DNA from: an uncultured Spirochaetales bacterium
Lineage (GTDB): Bacteria > Spirochaetota > Spirochaetia > SPDA01 > CAZSGZ01
Length of the DNA: 64,000 nt
Reading direction: 5' to 3'
Assembly (NCBI GenBank): GCA_964458315.1
Contig: CAYWIK010000003.1
Coordinates: 3,712-67,711, forward strand
Positions within the stretch are counted from its first letter, which is position 1, and every line of letters begins with the position of its first letter. Under the pieces are notes generated by a model that had not been told where the DNA came from, made no database searches, and worked only from the letters and a program-made list of their open reading frames with translations. Of this stretch, positions 19,750 through 28,851 are shown piece after piece. The position numbers and the translations under genes are program-made.

Positions 19750-22700
19750 TGCAGAATAAATTCCGCCGGTTACTAGCGGGGATCGATGTAGGCTCGACTA
19801 CGGTAAAACTGGTCCTTTTGGAACCGTCAACGAAAGAAATCGTTTTTAAGCGCTACCTGCGGCACAACACCGCTCAGGCGAAATCGGTCTATCGGCTACT
19901 AAAAGAAGCCCACCAAGCTTTTCCCCACGGCTCTTTCCGGCTTTCGGTCTGCGGGAGCGGGGGGCAGCCTATTGCTCAAGCCTTAGGCGCCTTCTACATT
20001 CAGGAAGTTGTCGCCAACTCTATTGCGGTAAAAAATTTTTACCCCAAAACACGATCTGCCGTCGAACTTGGCGGACAGGACGCAAAGGTTATTTTTTTTA
20101 GGCGGGATAATGAAAGCGGAAACACTCTCGCTTCCGATATGCGCATGAACGGGACCTGTGCGGGGGGAACCGGTTCTTTTATTGAACAGATAGCAGATCT
20201 ACTCGGAATAGCAACGGAAAATTTTGACGCAGCCGCAAAACGCGGAAAACATATATACGACATTTCCGGCCGGTGCGGTGTGTTCGCAAAGACAGACATC
20301 CAACCGCTTTTGAGTCAGGGAGTATCGAAGGAAGATATCGCTCTATCCTCTTTTCACGCCCTGGTGAAACAGACGATCGGCGGGCTGGCACAGGGCATGG
20401 ATTTCCGGCCGGCGGTTCTTTTTGAAGGAGGGCCCCTTACTTTCAACCCCACCCTGGTCTCAATATTCAAAGAACGCCTCAGACTGAAGGACGATGAAAT
20501 AATAATCCCCGAAAACCCGGAACTCATTATTGCAGTCGGCGCCGCGCTCGCGGGAGAGACGATGTTTCATGACAAACCGTGCCGTTATGATCCGACACGT
20601 TCCCTGAAAAAGCTTTTACAAAATGATGATATGCACGCGGGAAATCTTGAAGATGCCGTCCGGTTTTTTTCTTCCCGGCAGGATCGCGTTGAATTTTATA
20701 AGCGCCACCGCCCGCCCGCGCCTTCCGAGGCGGTCCCCATGGACGGGGTGCGCAATATTAAAGGGTACCTTGGAATCGATGCAGGATCGACGACAACTAA
20801 ATTTGCCCTGATCGATACAGGAGGCAAAGTCCTCGAGACTTTTTATGCAAATAACGGCGGCGATGCACTGCAGGTAATAAAACGGGGCTTGTCCGAACTT
20901 CGTACCCGTTTCAGCCAAAACGGGACAACCCTCTCGATTCTCGGGTGCGGAACCACGGGCTACGGCGAAGAACTGTTTGCCCGGGCCCTGCACGCGGACC
21001 ATCACACGGTAGAAACGGTCGCGCATGCCCGGGCCGCCACAGCCTACGCACCGGAGGCGTCATTCATCCTCGACATCGGCGGGCAGGATATGAAGGCCAT
21101 TTCCCTCAACGGAGGTATTATTACCGGTATTGTTTTAAATGAAGCATGTTCCGCCGGGTGCGGATCTTTCATTGAAACGTATGCAAACTCCCTTGGGATA
21201 CCGGTAGATAAAATAGCGGAATACGCCTTTTCTGCTGAAAATCCTTCGAACCTCGGGTCGAGATGTACTGTTTTTATGAACAGCTCGATTGTAACCGAAC
21301 AAAAACAGGGAAAGACGAGAAACGACATTCTTGCGGGACTGTGCAGATCAGTTATCGGAAATGTGTTTACCAAGGTCCTGCGGATTTCCAACTTGGAAAA
21401 TATGGGCAAACTAGTGGTAGCGCAAGGCGGTACCTTTAAAAACGATGCAGTTCTGAGGGCCTTCGAACATTATCTCGAAAGCAGAGGGAATATAAAAGTC
21501 ACCCGCCCGCCGTATCCGGGGGAGATGGGCGCCATTGGTATCGCCCTGCTCACGAAAGAAGAAATTGAAAAAAAACAGGGGGGAGGACCCTATAAAAGCA
21601 CATTTATCGGCCTTGAACAGATTGAACAACTCGGCTATCGGAAAATACCGGGAGTTGTTTGCAACTACTGCTCAAATAACTGTAATCGAAGCGTAATCGA
21701 GTTTTTCGACGGGACCGTCTATGTTACAGGCAATAGATGTCCAAAGGGAGAAATCGTAGGCGACCTCGACGATCCGGATACAAAGGAACAGCTTAACGAA
21801 ACCCACAAAAAAATGAAAGCGATACCGGACCTCCTCAAAGAGCAACAGCGCCTCCTTTTCAAAGACTACCGCCGAAAACGGGTAAGCTCGGAAAAAAATA
21901 TAACCATCGGTATACCACGGGTCCTTGATTTCTGGTCGAGCATTCCTTTTTGGAAGGCCTTTTTCGAAGCTCTGGGATTTATCGTTGTATTGTCCGCGGA
22001 AAGCAGCTCTTCTCTTTACGAAAAAGGGATCGCCTCGGTTCCATCGGACACGGTATGCTTTCCCGCTAAATTGGCTCATGGGCATATTCTCGACCTGGTC
22101 GAAAAAGGGGTTGATCGAATTTTCATGCCGATGATGATTCGCGTTCCTAAAATAAACAGGACCGCGGACGGCAACCATGTCTGTTCCGTCATTCAGGGAT
22201 ATCCTGTAGTACTCGAAAAGAGTGATAATCCGGCGGGAAAATACAATATCCCTTTCGATATCCCTACATTTCATTGGTATAATGAGAAATTGAAATATCG
22301 GCAGACCATACGATATTTTTTCGAGCAATATTCTATTCCAAGGATTGAAGTTTTCAGGGCGATAAAGGAAGGTGACAAGGCAATGTCCGAATATCGCGGC
22401 ATTATGGCCGATAGGGGAAAAAGGGTCATTGCCCACTTAGGCACAAAATATCCCTTCGGTGTAGTAGTCGCGGGCCGCCCCTATCACAGCGATCCTCTGA
22501 TAAACCATCACATCTCTTCCTGTTTCACCTCCGCCGGCATACCGGTTTTGGTCCTGGATTCTCTTCCCCATATCCATTCCCAGGATCTCTCAAACACACG
22601 AATCGAAACCACGATTGCAAGTCATACAAAAATGCTCGAAGGGACCTTGTGTGTTGCAAAAAATCCATATCTAGAAATGGCCCAAGTGGTTAGTTTCGGA

Positions 22701-24176
22701 TGCGGCCATGATGCAGTGGTTAGTGATGAAATGTCGAGGATATTACAAGAAACTTCCAACAAGGAACTGCTCATACTCAAAATGGATGAAGGAGAGGCGC
22801 GCGGGCCGTTTACCATCCGCATAAAATCATTTCTCGAAACGTTGCGATTTAAACGGGAAGAGAAAATCCATCATCGGAAATACGGCAGTTTCAAAGAGCT
22901 TAAAGATGCCTTTACCACGAAATTCCTCCGCCGGCATAAGCGGACGAAGACTGTACTGGTCCCCAATCTTTCACCCGCCTTTTCGACAATAATCGGATCG
23001 GTTATGAAGCGCGAGGGTTATAAAGTTTTTCAAATGCCCCTCGCCGACCGTGAGGCCATCGAGCTGGGCAAACGGTATGTGCATAACGATATCTGTTTTC
23101 CGGCCCAGGTAAACATAGGGGAAACCCTGCGGTGTCTTCAAAAGGAAAAGTTCGATCCCGACACTGTTGCGGTTGGATTTGCAAAAAACTGTGAAGACTG
23201 CAGAGCGGGGCAATATGCCGCGCTGGCACGAAAGGCCCTGGACGAAGCAGGGTATCCGCAGGTCCCGATCATGACTACCGGACGAGACAGAAAAAACATG
23301 CATCCCGGTGCTCAGTTGAGCCCCTTCTTTTACCTGGATATGATCTGGGGCCTTGTTTTGATGGACGGTCTTGAAATGATGAGACGCACCACCCGTCCAT
23401 ACGAAATAAATCCGGGCGAAACGGATCGAGTTTTTTCCTCCCACGTAGAAAAAATCGCGGCAACGGTTACAATTAGCCATCAGGGCGCGCTTCACCTATT
23501 AAGCAGGGCCGTCGACGCTTTCAATGCCGTTCCGGTGCGCAGAGAAGGAACAAGACCCCGGGTCGGAATCGTGGGAGAAATATTTCTAAACTATCATCCC
23601 GTATCAAACGGCCGTATCGAGAACTATTTGGAGAGTCACGGCATGGAGGTAATCATCCCTCCGATGCTCGACTTTTTCCGCCGCTCTTTTGTAATCGACA
23701 AAAACAAGGCGAAGCGGAATCTTTTACCCAACCCTTTCTTTAATCTCATCGCCTCCGGTCTTTCCGATCTCATCATCGAAGGGATAAAAGGGAAAGCCGA
23801 TGGAATCCTGAAAAATTTTCGGTTTAACCGTCATACAAGTTCTATCGGGCACCTTGTCCGAAATATTGAACATATGATCGATGTCTCCTATATTGTTGGT
23901 GAAGGCTGGCTGATCCCCGCGGAAATAATCCAGCTTATCAAGGAGGGGGTCCATTCATTTGTCATTATCCAACCCTTTGGATGCCTGCCCAATCATATCA
24001 CCGGCAGAGGAATGATCAAGGCAGTCAAAGAACAGTATCCGGGGGTACAGATCCTTCCCCTCGATTACGATCCGGACACAAGCTTCGCCAACATTGAAAA
24101 CCGGCTTCAAATGCTCATCTTAACGGCAAAGGAATTGGATAAAATGGGTTCAAAAAAACATGCAAAGGCGTCGTAA
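19719..24176 (+). CDS. fused BadF/BadG/BcrA/BcrD-type ATPase (two activase domains) plus 2-hydroxyacyl-CoA dehydratase-like module; candidate PlsA/PlsR-type plasmalogen synthase (start possibly ATG 19749)
   Basis: 1485 aa; two actin-fold ATPase domains (GIDVGSTTVKLVLL, GIDAGSTTTKFALI), Cys cluster CNYCSNNCNRS...GNRCPKGE, then two HgdB/dehydratase D-component-like halves (GIPRVLDFWSS...DTVCFPAKLAHGH; VLVPNLSPAFS...HNDICFPAQV). Confidence 0.6.
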   Translation: MEGEKTGKNVMQNKFRRLLAGIDVGSTTVKLVLLEPSTKEIVFKRYLRHNTAQAKSVYRLLKEAHQAFPHGSFRLSVCGSGGQPIAQALGAFYIQEVVANSIAVKNFYPKTRSAVELGGQDAKVIFFRRDNESGNTLASDMRMNGTCAGGTGSFIEQIADLLGIATENFDAAAKRGKHIYDISGRCGVFAKTDIQPLLSQGVSKEDIALSSFHALVKQTIGGLAQGMDFRPAVLFEGGPLTFNPTLVSIFKERLRLKDDEIIIPENPELIIAVGAALAGETMFHDKPCRYDPTRSLKKLLQNDDMHAGNLEDAVRFFSSRQDRVEFYKRHRPPAPSEAVPMDGVRNIKGYLGIDAGSTTTKFALIDTGGKVLETFYANNGGDALQVIKRGLSELRTRFSQNGTTLSILGCGTTGYGEELFARALHADHHTVETVAHARAATAYAPEASFILDIGGQDMKAISLNGGIITGIVLNEACSAGCGSFIETYANSLGIPVDKIAEYAFSAENPSNLGSRCTVFMNSSIVTEQKQGKTRNDILAGLCRSVIGNVFTKVLRISNLENMGKLVVAQGGTFKNDAVLRAFEHYLESRGNIKVTRPPYPGEMGAIGIALLTKEEIEKKQGGGPYKSTFIGLEQIEQLGYRKIPGVVCNYCSNNCNRSVIEFFDGTVYVTGNRCPKGEIVGDLDDPDTKEQLNETHKKMKAIPDLLKEQQRLLFKDYRRKRVSSEKNITIGIPRVLDFWSSIPFWKAFFEALGFIVVLSAESSSSLYEKGIASVPSDTVCFPAKLAHGHILDLVEKGVDRIFMPMMIRVPKINRTADGNHVCSVIQGYPVVLEKSDNPAGKYNIPFDIPTFHWYNEKLKYRQTIRYFFEQYSIPRIEVFRAIKEGDKAMSEYRGIMADRGKRVIAHLGTKYPFGVVVAGRPYHSDPLINHHISSCFTSAGIPVLVLDSLPHIHSQDLSNTRIETTIASHTKMLEGTLCVAKNPYLEMAQVVSFGCGHDAVVSDEMSRILQETSNKELLILKMDEGEARGPFTIRIKSFLETLRFKREEKIHHRKYGSFKELKDAFTTKFLRRHKRTKTVLVPNLSPAFSTIIGSVMKREGYKVFQMPLADREAIELGKRYVHNDICFPAQVNIGETLRCLQKEKFDPDTVAVGFAKNCEDCRAGQYAALARKALDEAGYPQVPIMTTGRDRKNMHPGAQLSPFFYLDMIWGLVLMDGLEMMRRTTRPYEINPGETDRVFSSHVEKIAATVTISHQGALHLLSRAVDAFNAVPVRREGTRPRVGIVGEIFLNYHPVSNGRIENYLESHGMEVIIPPMLDFFRRSFVIDKNKAKRNLLPNPFFNLIASGLSDLIIEGIKGKADGILKNFRFNRHTSSIGHLVRNIEHMIDVSYIVGEGWLIPAEIIQLIKEGVHSFVIIQPFGCLPNHITGRGMIKAVKEQYPGVQILPLDYDPDTSFANIENRLQMLILTAKELDKMGSKKHAKAS

Positions 24177-25320
24177 GAAAGGAATTTTATTCCTCTATTT
24201 AAAATCCGGAGGAGGCCATCTCTCCGCCGCCAGGACCTTAGCCGGATCTATTTCTTCAAAATACCGGGACACCATGATTCCTTATCTTCTCAACCCGATT
24301 CCGGGCGGAGCAGCGGTCACCAATTTTCTTCTTCAGCGCGGTTACCGTTTCTCTTCCCATGCCTTCCGCGCCATTTGGATTTTTCTATACGAAATAAGTA
24401 AACTCACGGTTATTGATTATTTTTGGAGTTTTATTATCTACCGTTCCATAAAAAAAAATCTTACCGTCTATCTCCAAAAAAATGAAATCCACACCATCGT
24501 CATTCTGCATTTTCTCTTAGCCCGCCCGGTGAAATGGGTCCTCAGAAAGAGCGCCGCGGCCGGGGAAAAACAAACCTGCGATATTGTACGTATTGTCACC
24601 GACCCGTACACAGCACATCATGCGTGGTTCAGCAGACCGGACATAAAGACAATTGTTTTTTCAAAACGCCTGAAACAGCTGGCAGTCGAAAATTTTAATT
24701 TTCGACCCCAATTTATCCGTGTAGCCCCTCCCATGCTGGACCGGAAATTCAGCGTTCCCCTGAGTGAGCAAAACAAAGAGGGCGAAAAAGAAAAACTCAA
24801 TCTGCGGAAAGGGAAAAAGGTCGTGCTCTTTGTCGGGGGCGGAGAAGGGCTGCCCCGGGGAATTTATTTTCTTAAAAAGCTATTGAAGTCAGACCTCGAC
24901 TTCCAGATCATTTTCATCTGCGGAAAAGACCGCGGGATGCGGCGGAAGGCGGAAAGGCTTGCGGCCCGTTTCCCTTCGAAAAAACTCATTGTGTTCGGGT
25001 TCGTGAACTTTATGCGTGAATGCATGGCCGTAGCAGACGCAGTGGTTTGTAAAGCCGGGCCCGCGGTTATTCGGGAATCCCTCGCAACCGGAACCCCGTT
25101 GGTTATTATCCGCTATCTTTATGGTCAGGAACGGGGAAATATGGAATATGTAACAAAGAACAGGCTCGGGTATTACACCCCTACACCGAAAAAAATGCTT
25201 ATAAAACTCGGTGAAGCCATGTCACATTCCCCCGGTTGGGACCGGACGGTAAAACAGGTTGCGGATTGGGAAATGGAGAATGGTACCGAGTTGATCGTCG
25301 AGGAACTTGCATCAAACTAA
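24160..25320 (+). CDS. MGDG-synthase/UgtP-like diacylglycerol glycosyltransferase (GT28 family)
   Basis: 386 aa; N-terminus KGILFLYLKSGGGHLSAARTL typical of the MGDG_synth domain; C-terminal GT-B domain (FGFVNFMRECMAVADAVVCKAGPAVIRESLATGTPLV). Start overlaps the upstream gene by 17 nt. Confidence 0.7.
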   Translation: MQRRRKKGILFLYLKSGGGHLSAARTLAGSISSKYRDTMIPYLLNPIPGGAAVTNFLLQRGYRFSSHAFRAIWIFLYEISKLTVIDYFWSFIIYRSIKKNLTVYLQKNEIHTIVILHFLLARPVKWVLRKSAAAGEKQTCDIVRIVTDPYTAHHAWFSRPDIKTIVFSKRLKQLAVENFNFRPQFIRVAPPMLDRKFSVPLSEQNKEGEKEKLNLRKGKKVVLFVGGGEGLPRGIYFLKKLLKSDLDFQIIFICGKDRGMRRKAERLAARFPSKKLIVFGFVNFMRECMAVADAVVCKAGPAVIRESLATGTPLVIIRYLYGQERGNMEYVTKNRLGYYTPTPKKMLIKLGEAMSHSPGWDRTVKQVADWEMENGTELIVEELASN

Positions 25321-27990
25321 ATCTTTCAAATGCCGGTCGATTTTCTCGAGTTTTCCTGCCAACTCTTGCCGAATGCTCTGTTCTTTTTCAATAACGTCTC
25401 GCGGGGCCCGTTGTATGAACTGCTCGTTTGCCAGTTTCTTTTCTACCTTATCCAGCCTCGAAAGAAGTTTTTCACGTTCTTTTTCGAGTTTTTTAATTTC
25501 TTTCGGCACATCGATCACATCTTTTACATAGACAAAAGCCACAAAGCCTTTTCCGGGAACCGGCACACTTCCTTCCAAGTCCGCTCCCTCGACCTCGGTT
25601 CCCTTTTCGGAAATGCTCAGCTCCGAAGCCTGTATGAGGTCGGCAATTAAAGCGTGATGATTGCTAAAAAAATCGCAGGCGAAAAAACCGGGATCGGTGC
25701 GCACATACACCCTTATTTTGCTCGAAGGCGGAAGAGTAAACTCGCTTCTTAAGGTCCGCACTTCCCTGACCAATTCCTGAAGAGATTCGAATTTCGCCGC
25801 CAGGTCGAATCTCTCACGGCCCGGTTCCTCTTGCGGATAGGGCGAAGTTATTAACAGGCCGTCGGTATTTGGAAGTTTTTGATAAATCTCTTCCGTTATA
25901 AACGAAAGAAACGGATGCAGCAGCCTGAGGCTTTCTTCGAGGATGTGCATGAGAAGAGTTGCGGCTTTGTTTTTTATATATTCATCGTCATGATAAAGAT
26001 CCAGCTTCGAAGCCTCGATATACCAATCACAGAAGTCATTCCAAAAAAACTCATACAAGGCTTGGGCGGCATCGTTAAACCGGTAATTCTCCATTCCCCG
26101 GTTTACCGCCTTGACCGCTTCGTTCAGCCGGTGGTAAATCCAGCAGTCTATATTTTGTAATTCAATCTCTTCCAGCGGCAGCAGCTCCCTGTCTTCGAGG
26201 TTCATAAGCAGGTACCGCGCCGCATTCCAGATTTTATTCGCAAACTTCGAACCCAGTTTAAAACTTTCTTTGTCGATTAAAATATCCTGCCCTTGAGCCG
26301 CGAGAAATGTAAGGGTAAATTTGAGGGCGTCGGCTCCATACTCACCGACGATTTCGATGGGATCGATGCCGTTTCCAAGGCTCTTCGACATCTTTCTTCC
26401 CTGTTTGTCCCGAATCAGGCCGTGAATGTAAATGTCTCGAAACGGGGCCTCCCCCATAAACTCCATTCCTGCCATGATCATACGGGAAACCCAGAAAAAA
26501 ATGATGTCGTACGCTGTCACCAGGGCGCTGGTCGGGAAATATGTCTTGAGGTCTTCGGTAATGTCGGGCCAACCGAGGGTTGAAAAGGGCCAAAGCCAGG
26601 AAGAAAACCACGTGTCGAGTACATCTTCGTCCTGCCTTATCTTCTTGCTGCCGCAAGCAGGGCAAACTTCCGGGTCTTCACGAAGGGCGGTCACTTCGCC
26701 GCACTCATCGCAGTACCAGACCGGTATACGATGGCCCCACCACAGCTGCCTGGAAATACACCAGTCCCGGATATTATCCAGCCAATGGGTGTAGGTGTTC
26801 TCCCATTTTTTAGGATAAAACCGAATGTCGTCGTCCCGCAGGGCCTGAAGGGCCTTTTTAGCCAAGGGCTTCATCCGAACAAACCACTGTTCCGAAAGAT
26901 AGGGCTCTACGATTGTGTCGCACCGGTAACAGTGGCCGATCTGATGCGCGTGGTCCTCTTCCCCGATAAAAAATCCGTCCTTTTTTAAATCTTCCACTAC
27001 TTTTTTCCGGGCTGCATCAACATGCAGGCCTTGATAGGGCAGCGGCACATTTTCATTCAACCTCCCGTCCGGGCGAAGAATGTTTATTTTCTCAATACCG
27101 CTCCTTTCGCTTACATCCCAGTCGTTTTGGTCGTGGGCCGGCGTAACCTTGACCGCCCCGGTCCCGAATTCTTTGTCCACCATTTCATCCGCAATAACCG
27201 GTATTTTCCTGCCCGTCAGAGGCAGTTCCACTTCTTTGCCGACAGCCCTCCGATACCGCTGATCTTCAGGATGTACGGCGACGGCGGTGTCTCCGAGCAT
27301 CGTTTCCGGCCTCGTGGTGGCTACCTCGATCGACCCGGACCCGTCGGAAAAAGGATATCGTATGTGGGTAAGCCTGCCCTGCACTTCGCGGTGTTCGACC
27401 TCATCATCCGAAAGCGCAGTCCCGCAGGAAGAACACCAGTTTACGAGATAGTTGCCCTTATAGATAAGTTCCCTTTCGAAGAGCGTGACAAACACTTCCC
27501 GTACCGCCTTCGAAAGCCCCTCATCCAGGGTAAACCGTTCTCTCGACCAATCACACGAAGCGCCGATTTTTTGCAGCTGCTCGACGATTTTTGCATGATG
27601 TTCTTGCTTTACCTTCCACGTTTCTTCAATAAAACCTTCCCGGCCTAGTTCCTGCCGGTCGATTCCCTGATTACGCAGCTTTCTCTCAACGACATTCTGG
27701 GTAGCGATTCCGGCATGGTCGGTTCCCGGCACCCAGAGGGTAGGACGGCCCTCCATCCGGTAGTATCTGACCAGAATGTCCTGAAGGATATTGTTCAACC
27801 CATGGCCCATATGGAGCACACCGGTGACGTTAGGCGGCGGTATTACAATGACAAAAGGAGAATCCCCTGGCCCCTTCGGTTTAAAGCTGTTCGCGGAAAG
27901 CCACAACCTATATATGTCGTCTTCAAATTCCCTCGGATTAAACGCCTTTGGTAACTGGATTCCTTTCATCGGTGCTCCTCGTTTTTCCAC
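25312..27990 (-). CDS. valS: valine--tRNA ligase
   Basis: 892 aa; PPPNVTGVLHMGH, KMSKSLGN, C-terminal coiled-coil. Confidence 0.9.
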   Translation of the reverse strand: MEKRGAPMKGIQLPKAFNPREFEDDIYRLWLSANSFKPKGPGDSPFVIVIPPPNVTGVLHMGHGLNNILQDILVRYYRMEGRPTLWVPGTDHAGIATQNVVERKLRNQGIDRQELGREGFIEETWKVKQEHHAKIVEQLQKIGASCDWSRERFTLDEGLSKAVREVFVTLFERELIYKGNYLVNWCSSCGTALSDDEVEHREVQGRLTHIRYPFSDGSGSIEVATTRPETMLGDTAVAVHPEDQRYRRAVGKEVELPLTGRKIPVIADEMVDKEFGTGAVKVTPAHDQNDWDVSERSGIEKINILRPDGRLNENVPLPYQGLHVDAARKKVVEDLKKDGFFIGEEDHAHQIGHCYRCDTIVEPYLSEQWFVRMKPLAKKALQALRDDDIRFYPKKWENTYTHWLDNIRDWCISRQLWWGHRIPVWYCDECGEVTALREDPEVCPACGSKKIRQDEDVLDTWFSSWLWPFSTLGWPDITEDLKTYFPTSALVTAYDIIFFWVSRMIMAGMEFMGEAPFRDIYIHGLIRDKQGRKMSKSLGNGIDPIEIVGEYGADALKFTLTFLAAQGQDILIDKESFKLGSKFANKIWNAARYLLMNLEDRELLPLEEIELQNIDCWIYHRLNEAVKAVNRGMENYRFNDAAQALYEFFWNDFCDWYIEASKLDLYHDDEYIKNKAATLLMHILEESLRLLHPFLSFITEEIYQKLPNTDGLLITSPYPQEEPGRERFDLAAKFESLQELVREVRTLRSEFTLPPSSKIRVYVRTDPGFFACDFFSNHHALIADLIQASELSISEKGTEVEGADLEGSVPVPGKGFVAFVYVKDVIDVPKEIKKLEKEREKLLSRLDKVEKKLANEQFIQRAPRDVIEKEQSIRQELAGKLEKIDRHLKDLV

Positions 27991-28083
27991 TCCTTTTACA
28001 GTCCGGCAATAGTAACAGATTCGATTCCTCTCATCAATAATGACAGGACTATGATTAGTGTGTTATATTTATTTTAGACTTTT

Positions 28084-28806
28084 ATGAAGCTTATTATATG
28101 TATTTTCCTTGTATGTGCAATCGGAACATTGATTATTGACGACCGTAGCTGCATTGCACAGGAAAAAAATAATCATTCCGATGAAAGGAACCTCTTGTAC
28201 AACAATTTAAAAAGCGAGTTCCCACGGGTATCGTCAAAACTTCTTACCCCGTTTCTCGATATACCCCGGCACTTATTCGTCAAGGGCAATATCCAAACCC
28301 TGGCTTATCAGGACATGGACCTTCCGGCGGGAACGAAAACGATCATCCCGGCCCCCTCCCTGGTCCTGAAAATAATGGATGTACTTGGCCTGGGCAAAAA
28401 ACATTCGGTCCTTATCATCGGCCGGGGGACCGGTTATATGGGCGCGGTTATGAGTGAAGTCGCGGAAAGCGTTACCCTCGTCGAACTCGATGAAATTTAT
28501 TACGGCCATCTCCTCTCTGTTATCGGCCCGCTGGAGTTCGATAATATAGAGCTGTTCGGCGCCCTGCAGCAGCTTCCCGGAACAGGAGGTGCGGAGTCAC
28601 GCCGGTTCGACCGTATCGTTATTCATGCAGGCATTCGCGAACTTCCGGCCTTCGTCACTTCGATGCTCCGCGATGGAGGACAGCTGATCGTCCCGATCAC
28701 CAGCGAATCCGGTTTTCAGACCATTCTCCGCCTGCGGATCGGGGATAGTTTTGAACTCGAGAGCATCAGGGAAAGCTTTTTTCCCCTGATCGAAACACTT
28801 TACTGA
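28084..28806 (+). CDS. pcm: protein-L-isoaspartate O-methyltransferase with N-terminal signal peptide/membrane anchor
   Basis: 240 aa; PIMT core LDIPRHLFV...SAPSLVLKIMDVLGLGKKHSVLIIGRGTGYMGAVM...RIVIHAG, preceded by hydrophobic MKLIICIFLVCAIGTLII. Confidence 0.7.
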   Translation: MKLIICIFLVCAIGTLIIDDRSCIAQEKNNHSDERNLLYNNLKSEFPRVSSKLLTPFLDIPRHLFVKGNIQTLAYQDMDLPAGTKTIIPAPSLVLKIMDVLGLGKKHSVLIIGRGTGYMGAVMSEVAESVTLVELDEIYYGHLLSVIGPLEFDNIELFGALQQLPGTGGAESRRFDRIVIHAGIRELPAFVTSMLRDGGQLIVPITSESGFQTILRLRIGDSFELESIRESFFPLIETLY

Positions 28807-28851
28807 TATGTCTAGTTATTGATATGTCTATTTATTCAATTGTCTAGGGAG
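28804..28851. repeat. tandem 16-bp direct repeat TGATATGTCTAGTTAT / TGATATGTCTATTTAT / degenerate third copy TCAATTGTCTAGGGAG, lying between convergent stop codons
   Basis: Seen directly; no hairpin potential, so it is not a typical terminator. Confidence 0.5.

Noticed and set aside
21672-22436. 254-aa minus-strand ORF inside the large activase-dehydratase fusion gene
   Set aside because: Antisense to conserved dehydratase-like domains; shadow ORF.
27022-27648. 208-aa plus-strand ORF inside valS
   Set aside because: Antisense shadow of valS; no motifs.
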